DNA of 64,000 nucleotides from an uncultured delta proteobacterium (GTDB lineage: Bacteria; Desulfobacterota; Desulfomonilia; UBA1062). The DNA lies in assembly GCA_963798485.1 (NCBI GenBank), contig CAWCTR010000017.1:224001-288000 (forward strand). Direction: 5' to 3'. Both the position numbers and the translations under genes were made by a program. The notes beneath the pieces are model-generated. The model did not search any database and was not told the DNA's origin. It saw only the letters and a list, made by a program, of their open reading frames with translations. Below, piece by piece: positions 28,884-38,149 of the stretch (position 1 is the stretch's first letter; each line of letters begins with the position of its first letter).

Positions 28884-31673
28884 TTACTTGGCCTTTTCCT
28901 GGATGATCGTATTGCCTTGGTCGATGATTTGTATGCTCCGCTTCTTGGGTAGCGCCTTAATGGTGATTTCCTGTGTCTGGCCGGGGCCGATTTCAAGACT
29001 GATAGAGTTTTTATCATAGCCGTAATACTTCGGAAGCGTGTCTGTGGCAACTTGCAGAGTCTTTCTGCCCGGCCTCACCTCATTAAACCGGAATCTCCCC
29101 TGGCTATCGGTGAGCACATGCATTGTTTCATCCGTAGTTGCAAGCACAACGAGCACATTTGCAAGGCCCGAAATCTCTTTGAGCTCAAGGGGTTGTCCTT
29201 TCGAAGAACCGATCCCAGCAGCCTGGTCAACTTCATAGAGCGATGTGCTTTTATCATTGCCTATCCCATAGAGTACCACTCTGCCTGTGAGGACGGCCTT
29301 TTTCGTAACGCCGATCTCAATTACTTTCTCTTGGCCGCCTTCCAGCTTGATGGGCAATGGGTTCCGGCATGTAGGTATCCGGTCAATGCCAAGCCTTGAT
29401 GCATCAATTCCCAGATAAGGGATACCGGGTTTGACAGAGGAGAATATGAACCTTCCGTCTTTTCCTGTTGCAGTGGTCATGTCATCGAGTCTTAACAGGA
29501 CATTCGCCAGGGCCTCGCCGGTATTGGCATCTCGAATAACCCCGGAGACAGTGCTGCTACCCTTTTTCCTGCCCACAGGAAGATTGAATGGATATGAGTA
29601 CTCCAGCTGGATTGATGTCTCATCATTATTATTCTCATGATGGGCATAGAAGGTGTGGGCGGCCTGAAAAGAGACAGTGTCCTTGCTGAAAAATGTGTAG
29701 TTGAGAGAAGAGGTGAGCATATACTTATTCCCGATAGTGGAATCCGAGTAGGTATCCATCTGAGCGCTGCATTGGAATTGAGTGTTGTTTGCGATGATCA
29801 GTGAGCTGTTGATGCCGGCTGTAAGGTTCCGGTCCTTTCCCACTTCTGCATTCTGGCCCTGGGCATAGCGGAGATAACCGCCATAGGTCTGCCCATTTGT
29901 CAGGTGGAGGTACATGGATGATGACACCTGATAGATGAGCCCAGAGCTCGACGTCAGTTGATCATCTTTTTCGCCGGCTTCTCCAAAGAGGTTCAGCGAC
30001 AGGTTTGAATAGTTCTGAAGTACCCCGACCCTGAGTGTGTTTGTCGAATAGTCAAATACAGGGACATCCATGCGGTCTTTTGTCGTACGATACTGCCAGG
30101 TGGCGGTATAGGTCGTGTCTCTCCCATACCGGTAATCCAGACCTGTCTGATAGAGGGTATCAAAGGCTGCGCTTCGTTTAAGCTCATCCATATCCAGATT
30201 ATCTTTTTCCTGGTTAAAGACTGCATTCACATTAACAGAATCGGTCAAAGGGCTTGAGAGGTCCAGGGAGAACAACTCCTTGTCCTGGTAATATCCGGGA
30301 AAGTTCGGCGCTGCATAGAGATATTTGATTCGGGAGGCAATGGAGTTGCTGAGGTAGGAGAGCTTTACAAGGTATGCATTATCTTCTTCTTCAAGGTGTT
30401 TACCCATACCCCCTTCGAGTTGGATGTTTAAAAATTGAATGGGTCTCAGTTCCGCTGTTGTGGTCAAGAGCTTATCGCTGCCCTCAATATTCTCTTGGTC
30501 TTTGTTGAGGCAGTTCACGGCAAAGCGTGCACCCTCTGCCGGGGCGTACCCAAAGGTTGCTGCCGTTTCCGTAGTTTTGGGGGCGATCCATTGGGATTTT
30601 ACATAATAGCTCCGCAGGTTCAGCCCTTTATATGCAATAAGCCCGTCTGCGCCTCGTGCGGTAAGATATTGCTCGGTGAGCTCTGATAGAGAGAACTGGC
30701 CATCCCCTGCAGTGAGATCATAGCCATTGCCCCATGTCCGGATAGTGTAATTGTCCCTGGTCCCGGACAATGATTTATCCAGGGTATCAGGCCCCCTGAA
30801 GAGAAATGAGATATACTTGGTGCCTGCTTCATCAAGTGCGCCTTCACCTTGCATCTCAGCCTGGAATGGTGTGGTCGTCTTATCCTTTGTCTCAAAGTCC
30901 TGCCTGAGGCGTATCGTTGTCGGTACGGTGTTGTATATATCCTTCCGGCCTTGAAGCGGGATGATCTCTACAAAGGATTGGGTCTGGGCGTGAATCTCCT
31001 CTTTTCCGGTAACTGTGGCTGTGCATTCTACCCTATGCGTCAATCCGGCATCAGTCATTTGATGGGTTTGAACGGTCACATGGACTGCTTGAGAACCCCC
31101 TGGACCAAGAGTGAATTCATGGGCATCCGTACTAAAGGGAAAATCATTACTGCTCGAGATAGAGAGCGTTATGTCCTGTTCTTGGTTGCTCTCGTTGGTG
31201 ATAAGGAATGAAGCAACATACCCTTGACCTGATATCACTGACCGGGGTGAATCGATGAGGCGGACCTTCAACCCGGTGACCGACAGGACCTTTACAAGTA
31301 TGGATTGATTTGTGCTTATGGAGGGGTCATGTGTAGATGCAAAGTAACACTCTATGTCATAAGCTTTGGCAAGGGCATCATCAGGGATATAAAAGCTCAC
31401 CAGGATTACTGAAGTCTGGTTGCGCTCCAGCCAAAAGGAATTCAAAGAGGTGATAAGTTTCCAACCCGGAGGGAGCTTGATGTCAGACATGCATTCTATA
31501 CGCTGATCTGTTGAATTGGTTATTTCAAAGGCTGCGGTAATTACGTTTTTCGGCTTGGACTCGAATAGCTGATTTCCTGTAGCCCTGCTTTCAAGGCCCC
31601 GTGCATGACCAGGAGGAGCCCCGAATAAAAACACTATGAGCATACAGATCAGATATGTCGGTACCTTTTTCAA
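28884..31673 (-). CDS. Large outer-membrane usher-like protein (N-terminal Ig-like domains, beta-barrel-like centre, C-terminal prealbumin/SdrD-B-like repeats)
   Basis: Signal peptide; two Ig-like repeats (ITN...P.GW / ITNESN); long alternating aromatic beta-strand region; two TDxxGRFxF repeats. TTG start overlaps the upstream stop. Confidence 0.6.
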   Translation of the reverse strand: MKKVPTYLICMLIVFLFGAPPGHARGLESRATGNQLFESKPKNVITAAFEITNSTDQRIECMSDIKLPPGWKLITSLNSFWLERNQTSVILVSFYIPDDALAKAYDIECYFASTHDPSISTNQSILVKVLSVTGLKVRLIDSPRSVISGQGYVASFLITNESNQEQDITLSISSSNDFPFSTDAHEFTLGPGGSQAVHVTVQTHQMTDAGLTHRVECTATVTGKEEIHAQTQSFVEIIPLQGRKDIYNTVPTTIRLRQDFETKDKTTTPFQAEMQGEGALDEAGTKYISFLFRGPDTLDKSLSGTRDNYTIRTWGNGYDLTAGDGQFSLSELTEQYLTARGADGLIAYKGLNLRSYYVKSQWIAPKTTETAATFGYAPAEGARFAVNCLNKDQENIEGSDKLLTTTAELRPIQFLNIQLEGGMGKHLEEEDNAYLVKLSYLSNSIASRIKYLYAAPNFPGYYQDKELFSLDLSSPLTDSVNVNAVFNQEKDNLDMDELKRSAAFDTLYQTGLDYRYGRDTTYTATWQYRTTKDRMDVPVFDYSTNTLRVGVLQNYSNLSLNLFGEAGEKDDQLTSSSGLIYQVSSSMYLHLTNGQTYGGYLRYAQGQNAEVGKDRNLTAGINSSLIIANNTQFQCSAQMDTYSDSTIGNKYMLTSSLNYTFFSKDTVSFQAAHTFYAHHENNNDETSIQLEYSYPFNLPVGRKKGSSTVSGVIRDANTGEALANVLLRLDDMTTATGKDGRFIFSSVKPGIPYLGIDASRLGIDRIPTCRNPLPIKLEGGQEKVIEIGVTKKAVLTGRVVLYGIGNDKSTSLYEVDQAAGIGSSKGQPLELKEISGLANVLVVLATTDETMHVLTDSQGRFRFNEVRPGRKTLQVATDTLPKYYGYDKNSISLEIGPGQTQEITIKALPKKRSIQIIDQGNTIIQEKAK

Positions 31674-32491
31674 TTATCAAATTTCAGTGTATACTGGATC
31701 CCGATGAGGTCGTTCTCTCCGCAATCTGCAACCACAAGTGCCTTGTAGGTACCGGCAGGAACCTTTGAGATATCGATCCTGAACCGCTTGGATGTGTCCG
31801 GATAGACGCGGTATTGCTCGCCTTGAAACCGGCCCATGGAAGTTCCATCCTGGGCGTAGAGCTCTGTCCAGAGCTGAGGATGAAGGAGCCTTTCTCCATC
31901 ATTTTCCACGTCAATCTGCAGGATCCTTGCATCCGTTTCTTTCAGGATTTTTGTCTGGAGGAACTTGATCTTTCTGGTCCCGGTATCGCCGATATGGGTC
32001 ACAACCTGAACGGCATAGCGCATGATCTGGGTGATGCCCAAAGAGAGCTTCTTCTCTTTTTGTGCGCCTGCAGATTCCGGGGAACCCGTAGGGAGGCCTT
32101 CAATCATGAGCATGCTCCAGAAAGTGCCCACAAGGGCCCGATCGCCCGGAACTGTCACGGTGTAATTTATGGTCGCCTTTTCATTAGGCGGCACAGTGAG
32201 CCTGCTGGGGCTGAACGAGATCCAGCGGGCGTTCGACCGTGCATCTTTGCCCGGCTCCCCATAGGTAGTCTCCCCTTCATAGTTGAACCGGTAATCCGAT
32301 TGATAAATTTTCAATTCCTGGGGCGTATCTTCCTGGTTTTTTATTACAATCTCACCCTGGTACGTTTCGCCTGCCTTGGAAACCTTCTCGTTGGTAAGCC
32401 CCCCTTCGATGGAGATCCCGGCTATCGCAACAGTGGGGATAACCATGATCGCACATGCGATCAAATAAATGAAAAAGAGTGATCTCCTCAT
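31670..32491 (-). CDS. Periplasmic pilus chaperone-like protein (two Ig-like domains)
   Basis: Signal peptide; IVIKNQ...WISFSPSRLTVPPNEKATINYTVTVP...FWSMLMIE; second domain VENDGER. Confidence 0.65.
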   Translation of the reverse strand: MRRSLFFIYLIACAIMVIPTVAIAGISIEGGLTNEKVSKAGETYQGEIVIKNQEDTPQELKIYQSDYRFNYEGETTYGEPGKDARSNARWISFSPSRLTVPPNEKATINYTVTVPGDRALVGTFWSMLMIEGLPTGSPESAGAQKEKKLSLGITQIMRYAVQVVTHIGDTGTRKIKFLQTKILKETDARILQIDVENDGERLLHPQLWTELYAQDGTSMGRFQGEQYRVYPDTSKRFRIDISKVPAGTYKALVVADCGENDLIGIQYTLKFDN

Positions 32492-32504
32492 TGCACATAC
32501 TCCT

Positions 32505-33017
32505 TTATGGCGTATCAATTATTGTATACTGAATCGTTGCAGAATATTGACTCGGAGCTATTTGCAGGGATGCGCCGGTAAGCTGAAATTGTATCTGTAT
32601 GCCGTTTCGATTGCCTGCACCGGTAAAGAAGATGGTATCATTAGTGGTTACCTGGATATATGCCTGCCCCCCTGATACGGAGCCTTTTCCTGTACCGCTC
32701 GATGTCCTTATTGCAAAAATCTGCAGGGAGCCGTTCCAGGCGGTGTTTATACGCTTGATGTTTATCTGCCAGTTGTCGTTCTTGTTTTTTGCACCGGAAA
32801 TGGTGATCAGGTTTGCATTCTGTGCGCTTGTAAAGGTGCCGGTTATATCCGTTCCCGGGCCCCCGGTTAGGTTATTCTTGTCAACGCTCTGGGTCCAGCT
32901 TCCGGTGACAGTGATGTTGATGACAGCAGCGGCCGGACCAGCTTCAAGAAGGACCATGAAGAGCCCCATGGTAAATATCACGATCCCTTTCGCAATGCCA
33001 TGGCCTAGGCTCTTCAT
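32505..33017 (-). CDS. Secreted pilin-like protein
   Basis: Signal peptide, Thr/Gly-rich beta protein ending YSATIQYTII. Confidence 0.6.
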   Translation of the reverse strand: MKSLGHGIAKGIVIFTMGLFMVLLEAGPAAAVINITVTGSWTQSVDKNNLTGGPGTDITGTFTSAQNANLITISGAKNKNDNWQINIKRINTAWNGSLQIFAIRTSSGTGKGSVSGGQAYIQVTTNDTIFFTGAGNRNGIQIQFQLTGASLQIAPSQYSATIQYTIIDTP

Positions 33018-33025
33018 GCGCCCCT

Positions 33026-33541
33026 TCAATCGGTCAGGGTCAGCGTTACCGTGCACGATTTAGTGAGCACGCCTGCGGCAGTGGTTGCACTGAACCGGTA
33101 GGTTATGGTCTTACTGGCGGCCGCCACATAGCTGATGCCCGTCACCACATCCGCGGCAACGGTTGATAATGTCTTGTAACCCATGCTTGTGCCCGAACCA
33201 GGGGCTGTCAGCTGAATTTCAAGGGTGGTGTTCGCCGGCATCTGCGTATTGATGCTCGCCGTGATCCTTTTATTGGTGCCGTTTGTGGAGATAGAGTATG
33301 TCGATGATGCGTCTATTGCCGGTTTGGGTTGCTGTCCGGCGATTGCAGAGTTGATGGTAAGGGTGGGGGAGCCTGTTACGGCAATCTCATTGATTGCCTG
33401 AAAGGTAAACGTAACCGCAGTGGTGCCGGTCTGTGCCCCGTGAGCCGTACCCTGAAGAAGGGCAACAACAACGCATATGAAAGAGAGTGCACGAAAGTCC
33501 TTTTCCCTAAGCGCACCTGGAGATATACACTTCCATTTCAC
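33026..33541 (-). CDS. Secreted pilin-like protein
   Basis: Signal peptide, N-terminal AVTFTFQAINEI, KRITA, VVTGI and C-terminal TVTLTLTD. Confidence 0.65.
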   Translation of the reverse strand: MKWKCISPGALREKDFRALSFICVVVALLQGTAHGAQTGTTAVTFTFQAINEIAVTGSPTLTINSAIAGQQPKPAIDASSTYSISTNGTNKRITASINTQMPANTTLEIQLTAPGSGTSMGYKTLSTVAADVVTGISYVAAASKTITYRFSATTAAGVLTKSCTVTLTLTD

Positions 33542-33767
33542 CGGAGATTAGCCCCCCTCATAATTATATTCCCCATGCAGGGCCCAATGAGAAAGGTCAT
33601 GGATGGTCATAATAACAATTCAAAAATAAGTTACATTCACGTACGCACGTACGATTTGTTATGGTATGATATACAATATTTTGAGATAGTCAATTCTGAA
33701 TTAATATGAGGATGGTTTTATGATTCTGTTGAGAATCATGACAAGATTATTTGAGTATTGAATAAGG

Positions 33768-33784
33768 ACTATCATTTTGATAGT
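33768..33784. promoter_or_regulatory. Palindromic operator/enhancer ACTATCA-N3-TGATAGT
   Basis: Perfect 7-bp arms; a related copy lies at 35288-35302. Confidence 0.55.
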
Positions 33785-33820
33785 GTATTCTCATCGAGGT
33801 GAAGGCCTGGAGGCGGATAC

Positions 33821-35218
33821 ATGGATGAGACGACAACGACTCAAGGACAGTTCCACCTTTTATGTGTTGATGATGACCCTGCCATTCTCAGATTGCTCAA
33901 GAATATATTCCGGCAGGAGAACTATGGCATTTTTACTGCCAAGGATGCTGCAGAGGCCCTGCGGTTAATAAGAGAGACAAGAATCGATGCCGCGCTTGTC
34001 GATTACATGATGCCCGATACTGACGGACTGAGTCTGTTAAAGATGATTCATGAAGTATATCCATCCACCATGGTGATTATTATAACAGGCCATGGGGGGA
34101 TAGATGAGGCGATCCAAGCCATTAAGCTTGGTGCGGTTGACTTTCTGGAAAAGCCCTTTTCTGTGGAAGTTATCAGGACACGTGTAGCCCATCTCTATCA
34201 GATCTGGAAACTGCATGACGAAAACTTCAAGCGTAAAGAGAATGTAACCCATAAGTTCGGTTTTGATCAACTCATAGGTAATTCACCTAAAATGCTCAAA
34301 CTGAAAGAGAAGATCGCTGTCGTGGGTCCGACCGATGCCTCTGTCCTTATTGAGGGAGAAACCGGAACAGGCAAAGAACTTGTGGCCCGGGCCATTCACC
34401 ATCACAGCCAGCGCGCACTGAACATCTTTATGCCCGTAGATTGCGGGGCCATAGCGGAATCGGTTATTGAGAACGAGCTGTTCGGACATGCAAAAGGCGC
34501 CTTTACCGGCGCCCATATCTCTACTTTGGGGCTCATCCGTTCGGCCGATAACGGGACCCTCTTCCTTGATGAAATAGGTGAGCTCTCTAATGCCATGCAG
34601 GTGAAATTATTAAGGACAATCCAGGAACGTGAGGTAAGACCAGTCGGCAGCAATAAGAGTTTCCCGCTCGATGTAAGGATCATAGCAGCTACAAACAAGA
34701 ATCTTCTCGAGGAGGTCGCAAAGGGTAATTTCCGGGAAGATCTTTTCTACAGGCTTAATGTCGTGCGCCTCCTTGTGCCTCCCTTGAAAGAGCGCAAGGA
34801 GGATATCGCCCTGCTGGTGAGATACTTTGTTAAAAATTTCAGCACTGATTTTTCAACCGTAAAGGATATCACCAGAGAAGCTATTGCCTGTCTCGAAAAT
34901 TATAACTGGCCGGGTAATGTCCGGGAACTGGCAAATGCAATCCGGCTGGCAACGGCGCTGGGTACACAAGAGCGCATACTCCCAAGTGATCTTCCCCCTC
35001 ATATCGGTTCTGCGCAGGAACCAGCGCAAAGGTTTCTCCCGCAATCAGATGGTACCCTGGCTTCGTATGAAAAGGCAGCCATTCTCAATGCCCTTGAACT
35101 CAGTGGCGGAAATCGGAAAAAGGCATCCAAGATCCTCAAGATCGGAGAAGCGACCCTGTACCGCAAGATTGCCGGATATCATATTAAATACGAGGCCCCT
35201 GGTAAACCAGAACAATAG
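33821..35218 (+). CDS. NtrC-family sigma54-dependent response regulator
   Basis: REC domain, GETGTGKE, GAFTGA, LFLDEIGE, WPGNVREL and Fis-type HTH. Confidence 0.95.
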   Translation: MDETTTTQGQFHLLCVDDDPAILRLLKNIFRQENYGIFTAKDAAEALRLIRETRIDAALVDYMMPDTDGLSLLKMIHEVYPSTMVIIITGHGGIDEAIQAIKLGAVDFLEKPFSVEVIRTRVAHLYQIWKLHDENFKRKENVTHKFGFDQLIGNSPKMLKLKEKIAVVGPTDASVLIEGETGTGKELVARAIHHHSQRALNIFMPVDCGAIAESVIENELFGHAKGAFTGAHISTLGLIRSADNGTLFLDEIGELSNAMQVKLLRTIQEREVRPVGSNKSFPLDVRIIAATNKNLLEEVAKGNFREDLFYRLNVVRLLVPPLKERKEDIALLVRYFVKNFSTDFSTVKDITREAIACLENYNWPGNVRELANAIRLATALGTQERILPSDLPPHIGSAQEPAQRFLPQSDGTLASYEKAAILNALELSGGNRKKASKILKIGEATLYRKIAGYHIKYEAPGKPEQ

Positions 35219-35257
35219 AGGGCATATATTGGGACCGGGTGTAATAGTAATGAGAAT

Positions 35258-35302
35258 CGATCAAAATGAGAAAACCGGAGGTTGGCACTATCATTATGAT
35301 AG
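35258..35302. promoter_or_regulatory. Candidate enhancer sites (GATCA-AAA-TGAGA; CTATCA-TTA-TGATAG)
   Basis: Two TCA-N3-TGA palindromes 65-110 nt upstream of a sigma54 promoter. Confidence 0.5.
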
Positions 35303-35367
35303 AATGAAATTAGAAAATTCTTTCCACAATAAATTAATAATTAAGTAAAAACAGTTGGTTATTCTTT

Positions 35368-35383
35368 TGGCATGGAAGCTGCT
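35368..35383 (+). promoter_or_regulatory. sigma54 promoter
   Basis: TGGCATGGAAGCTGCT has correct GG/GC spacing. Confidence 0.6.
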
Positions 35384-35395
35384 GTGAAACAACAT

Positions 35396-35920
35396 ATGGG
35401 TCAACTCCGAAACAAGATCCTGGCTGTTAACTTGATATGCCTTTTGGCATTCCTGACTCTATACCCTTCTTTCCTTATAGCAGCACAATCTGTGTCCCGA
35501 GTGAAAGTAACCGTTGCTCCAATCGATAATCTACAAGTAAGTGATGCAACACGTGGGATTCTGCTCCGCGCCGACAGCACACCCGGTTCCAATGCGCTCA
35601 TAGGGGATCCTGATCCGACAGCCCGCTTAAGCTATTCTCACAATTCGGCTGCCAACAAGAAGATAACAGCGCAGGTAAGCCCGGCAGGCATCCCTGCAGG
35701 GCTTCAAGACATTACCCTTACGGTGGTGGTCATGGGGGGTGCGGAGCAGAGTATTGTACAAGGCGGGGTGACCCAGGGCGCAAAGAATGTGCTGACTGGT
35801 ATCACCTCAGGTTATAGGGAAAATGTGCCGGTAACATACAGCGCAGCGGCTACCATCTCGGGCTCGCGCCCGGGCGATTATGCGTTTAGGGTTACGTTCA
35901 CCAGTCTTGACGATGATTAA
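35396..35920 (+). CDS. Secreted pilin-like protein (paralog of 36023..36523)
   Basis: Signal peptide; VKVTVAPID, TARLSYSHNS..KKITA and YAFRVTFTS. Confidence 0.7.
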   Translation: MGQLRNKILAVNLICLLAFLTLYPSFLIAAQSVSRVKVTVAPIDNLQVSDATRGILLRADSTPGSNALIGDPDPTARLSYSHNSAANKKITAQVSPAGIPAGLQDITLTVVVMGGAEQSIVQGGVTQGAKNVLTGITSGYRENVPVTYSAAATISGSRPGDYAFRVTFTSLDDD

Positions 35921-35939
35921 CGGAGAAAGAATAGAGAAA

Positions 35940-35960
35940 GCCCCCGGCAATGCCGGGGGC
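35940..35960 (-). terminator. Rho-independent terminator
   Basis: GCCCCCGGC-AAT-GCCGGGGGC stem followed on the minus strand by TTTCTCTATTCTTT. Confidence 0.75.
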
Positions 35961-36022
35961 CTGTATGCAGCAATAGGGAATGTGCTTTGTCCCGAACCGC
36001 AATCGGGACGGGCCTCTTGTTG

Positions 36023-36523
36023 TTATCCTGCTGTACTGGTGAACGTAACCGTGAATGTGTAGGTATTCGCAACAGTAGCTGTAGTACAGGATGCTCCGTA
36101 GGTTACCACTGCATTGGTTATGGCCCCTGCAGCAATACCGGTTCTTACATCCTTGGATCCTTGTGTTATTCCTCCGGCGACAAGTGTAACTGGTCCGGGA
36201 CCGCCTGCAACTGTTGTAGTCAGGGTAATATTCTGCGTACCAACAGGCATACCCCCTGTTAAGACCTCAGCTGTGATCTTTCTTGTGGAGGCCGAGTTAT
36301 GTGTGTAATTTAAACGAGCAGTGGTACTATCAGTCCCTGTTATTGTGTTGCTACCTAGGGTTGCCGTATCCAGCGTGATAGTTCCACCATCGGTAACATC
36401 AAGTGCATCAACGGAAGCAACTGTTACCTGAATCTGCGATGTGTCTGATGAGGCAGCCATGACAACACTTCCAACACCCAAAACAATGACCCCGGCCAAC
36501 AATACTGCTAAAAATTTTTTCAT
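36023..36523 (-). CDS. Secreted pilin-like protein (candidate major subunit)
   Basis: AAGGAGG RBS; MKKFLAVLL signal; IQVTVASVD, TARLNYTHNS..RKITA and YTFTVTFTS. Confidence 0.75.
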   Translation of the reverse strand: MKKFLAVLLAGVIVLGVGSVVMAASSDTSQIQVTVASVDALDVTDGGTITLDTATLGSNTITGTDSTTARLNYTHNSASTRKITAEVLTGGMPVGTQNITLTTTVAGGPGPVTLVAGGITQGSKDVRTGIAAGAITNAVVTYGASCTTATVANTYTFTVTFTSTAG

Positions 36524-36857
36524 TCTCATTCCTCCTTGAATTGTATTGCACAAATCCCTTATGCTGATTTTCAATGATCGGTTAACAGAAAATAAAACTT
36601 TAATACATCCATATTTTTTAAAAAGACATAAGACTTATGGATTATAGACAATAAATGAACAGTAGGCAGGGTTTCTTATAGCCGTCGGGTAGTTGATAAC
36701 GAAAGGCGCTGGAACAGGCCAAATCAACAGAATCACGACTTGGAAAGGGGCGGGGGCAGCAACAGTGGCAGGAATGCAGGCTACCGGGAACATAGGATTG
36801 AACGGCCATAAGACGGTAGTTCTGCTTTTTGCCTTTACAATGGAGGAGGTGCAATTC

Positions 36858-37439
36858 ATGTCAAAGGATATCCCGGGTGAGGGAAATACGATTTCCTCCT
36901 CTGGCCGCATGGTCAATCCGGACTTGAGCCCACAAGAGATGGTAGTGATTGTCGATGAACATAACGTCATCATCAGCAGCGCACCGAGGGCGGTTATGCG
37001 CAAGGAGGGTCTTATTCACCGCGCCACATACATCCTGGTGTTTAGCTCGGATGGTAGGTTCTTTGTCCAGGACCGCACCATGACCAAGGACATTTTCCCA
37101 GGCTATCACGATCTGGCCGCCGGCGGGGTGGTGCTTGCCGGCGAGGAATATGAGGAATCGGCAAGGCGCGAGCTCGAAGAGGAGCTTGGCATCACAGGTG
37201 TGCCGCTTGCCTTTCTCTTTGATTTCTATGGGGAGTATGCCGGGCAGAAGGTCTGGGGCAGGGCATTTTCCTGTATTACCGACGGTCCGTTCGTTCTTCA
37301 AAAAGAGGAGCTGACCGGCGGGGCATTCCATGAAATCGACAAGGTAAAAGAATTGATAAGCAAGGAGCCGTGCACCCCTGACAGTGTATATGTGCTTGAA
37401 CGCTATCTCAATATGCCCGGATCTTTTCCTGGGGCATGA
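36858..37439 (+). CDS. NUDIX hydrolase (YfcD/IDI-like)
   Basis: GGVVLAGEEYEESARRELEEELGI Nudix box; RBS GGAGG. Confidence 0.9.
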   Translation: MSKDIPGEGNTISSSGRMVNPDLSPQEMVVIVDEHNVIISSAPRAVMRKEGLIHRATYILVFSSDGRFFVQDRTMTKDIFPGYHDLAAGGVVLAGEEYEESARRELEEELGITGVPLAFLFDFYGEYAGQKVWGRAFSCITDGPFVLQKEELTGGAFHEIDKVKELISKEPCTPDSVYVLERYLNMPGSFPGA

Positions 37440-37451
37440 CAATATTTCTAT

Positions 37452-37649
37452 TCCGGGTATATACTGAGAAGAGCGCATGAATCTGACAGCCGCAGCAGTA
37501 TTATCTCTCTGACGGAAAAGGGAAGGGCCATGCAGAAGAATTTCTGGGATGTATCCGAGGCCCTGCGGAAGAAGGCATACCGGGGACTGACGGATGAGGA
37601 GATGGAGACGCTCATGCGCTTGCTTACCAAGATCCATGATAACTTCTAG
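37452..37649 (+). pseudogene. C-terminal remnant of a MarR-family regulator
   Basis: GYILRRAHESDSRSSIISLTEKGR...GLTDEEMETLMRLLTKI*; no start codon or HTH. Confidence 0.7.
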
Positions 37650-37652
37650 AAA

Positions 37653-38060
37653 ATGATGATGACAAAAGAACAGGCCAGGGAATTTGCTTCACGGTGGCTG
37701 CCTGCCTGGACCGGCAACAATCCGGAAAGACTTGCGGCCTTTTATTCCCATGATGTGGTGTACCTCGACCCGACTGTCCCCCAGGGTCTGAAGGGCAACG
37801 ATGCATTGCTGAAGTACTTCCGCAAGTTACTTGCCTTCAACCCGGACTGGGTTTGGACACAGATCGAACCCATTCCCATGGAAGATGGCTTTTTGAATAA
37901 GTGGCATGCAAAAATCCCTGTCGGCCCAAAGACAATAGAATGCATCGGCGTGTGTTTCGTGCAGTTCGACGATAAGGGACTGATCCGGCGCAACGAGGTT
38001 TATTTTGATTGTACTGAATTAAATAATGAAATAAAAAGATTAAAGCAATCAATAGAGTGA
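37653..38060 (+). CDS. SnoaL/NTF2-like protein
   Basis: WLPAWTGN...FYSHDVVYLDP...RNEVYFD. Confidence 0.8.
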   Translation: MMMTKEQAREFASRWLPAWTGNNPERLAAFYSHDVVYLDPTVPQGLKGNDALLKYFRKLLAFNPDWVWTQIEPIPMEDGFLNKWHAKIPVGPKTIECIGVCFVQFDDKGLIRRNEVYFDCTELNNEIKRLKQSIE

Positions 38061-38149
38061 ATGACTAAGGTGGAAAAGGGCATGGTTCTCTCTTCATTTC
38101 CATCCGTTTAAGGTCAGGTTGTTTGATTTTGATGCAAGAGGTGCTGTTT

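Noticed and set aside
35283-35298. TGGCACTATCATTATG as a sigma54 promoter
   Set aside because: It lacks the -12 GC dinucleotide.
36693-36857. N-terminal extension of the NUDIX ORF from TTG36693
   Set aside because: A strong GGAGG RBS precedes ATG36858 and the extension looks non-coding.
37437-37439. NUDIX TGA in frame with the downstream MarR fragment, as a possible Sec or readthrough fusion
   Set aside because: It is not at a conserved Cys position, no SECIS-like hairpin is evident, and the fragment lacks its HTH; a deletion scar is simpler.
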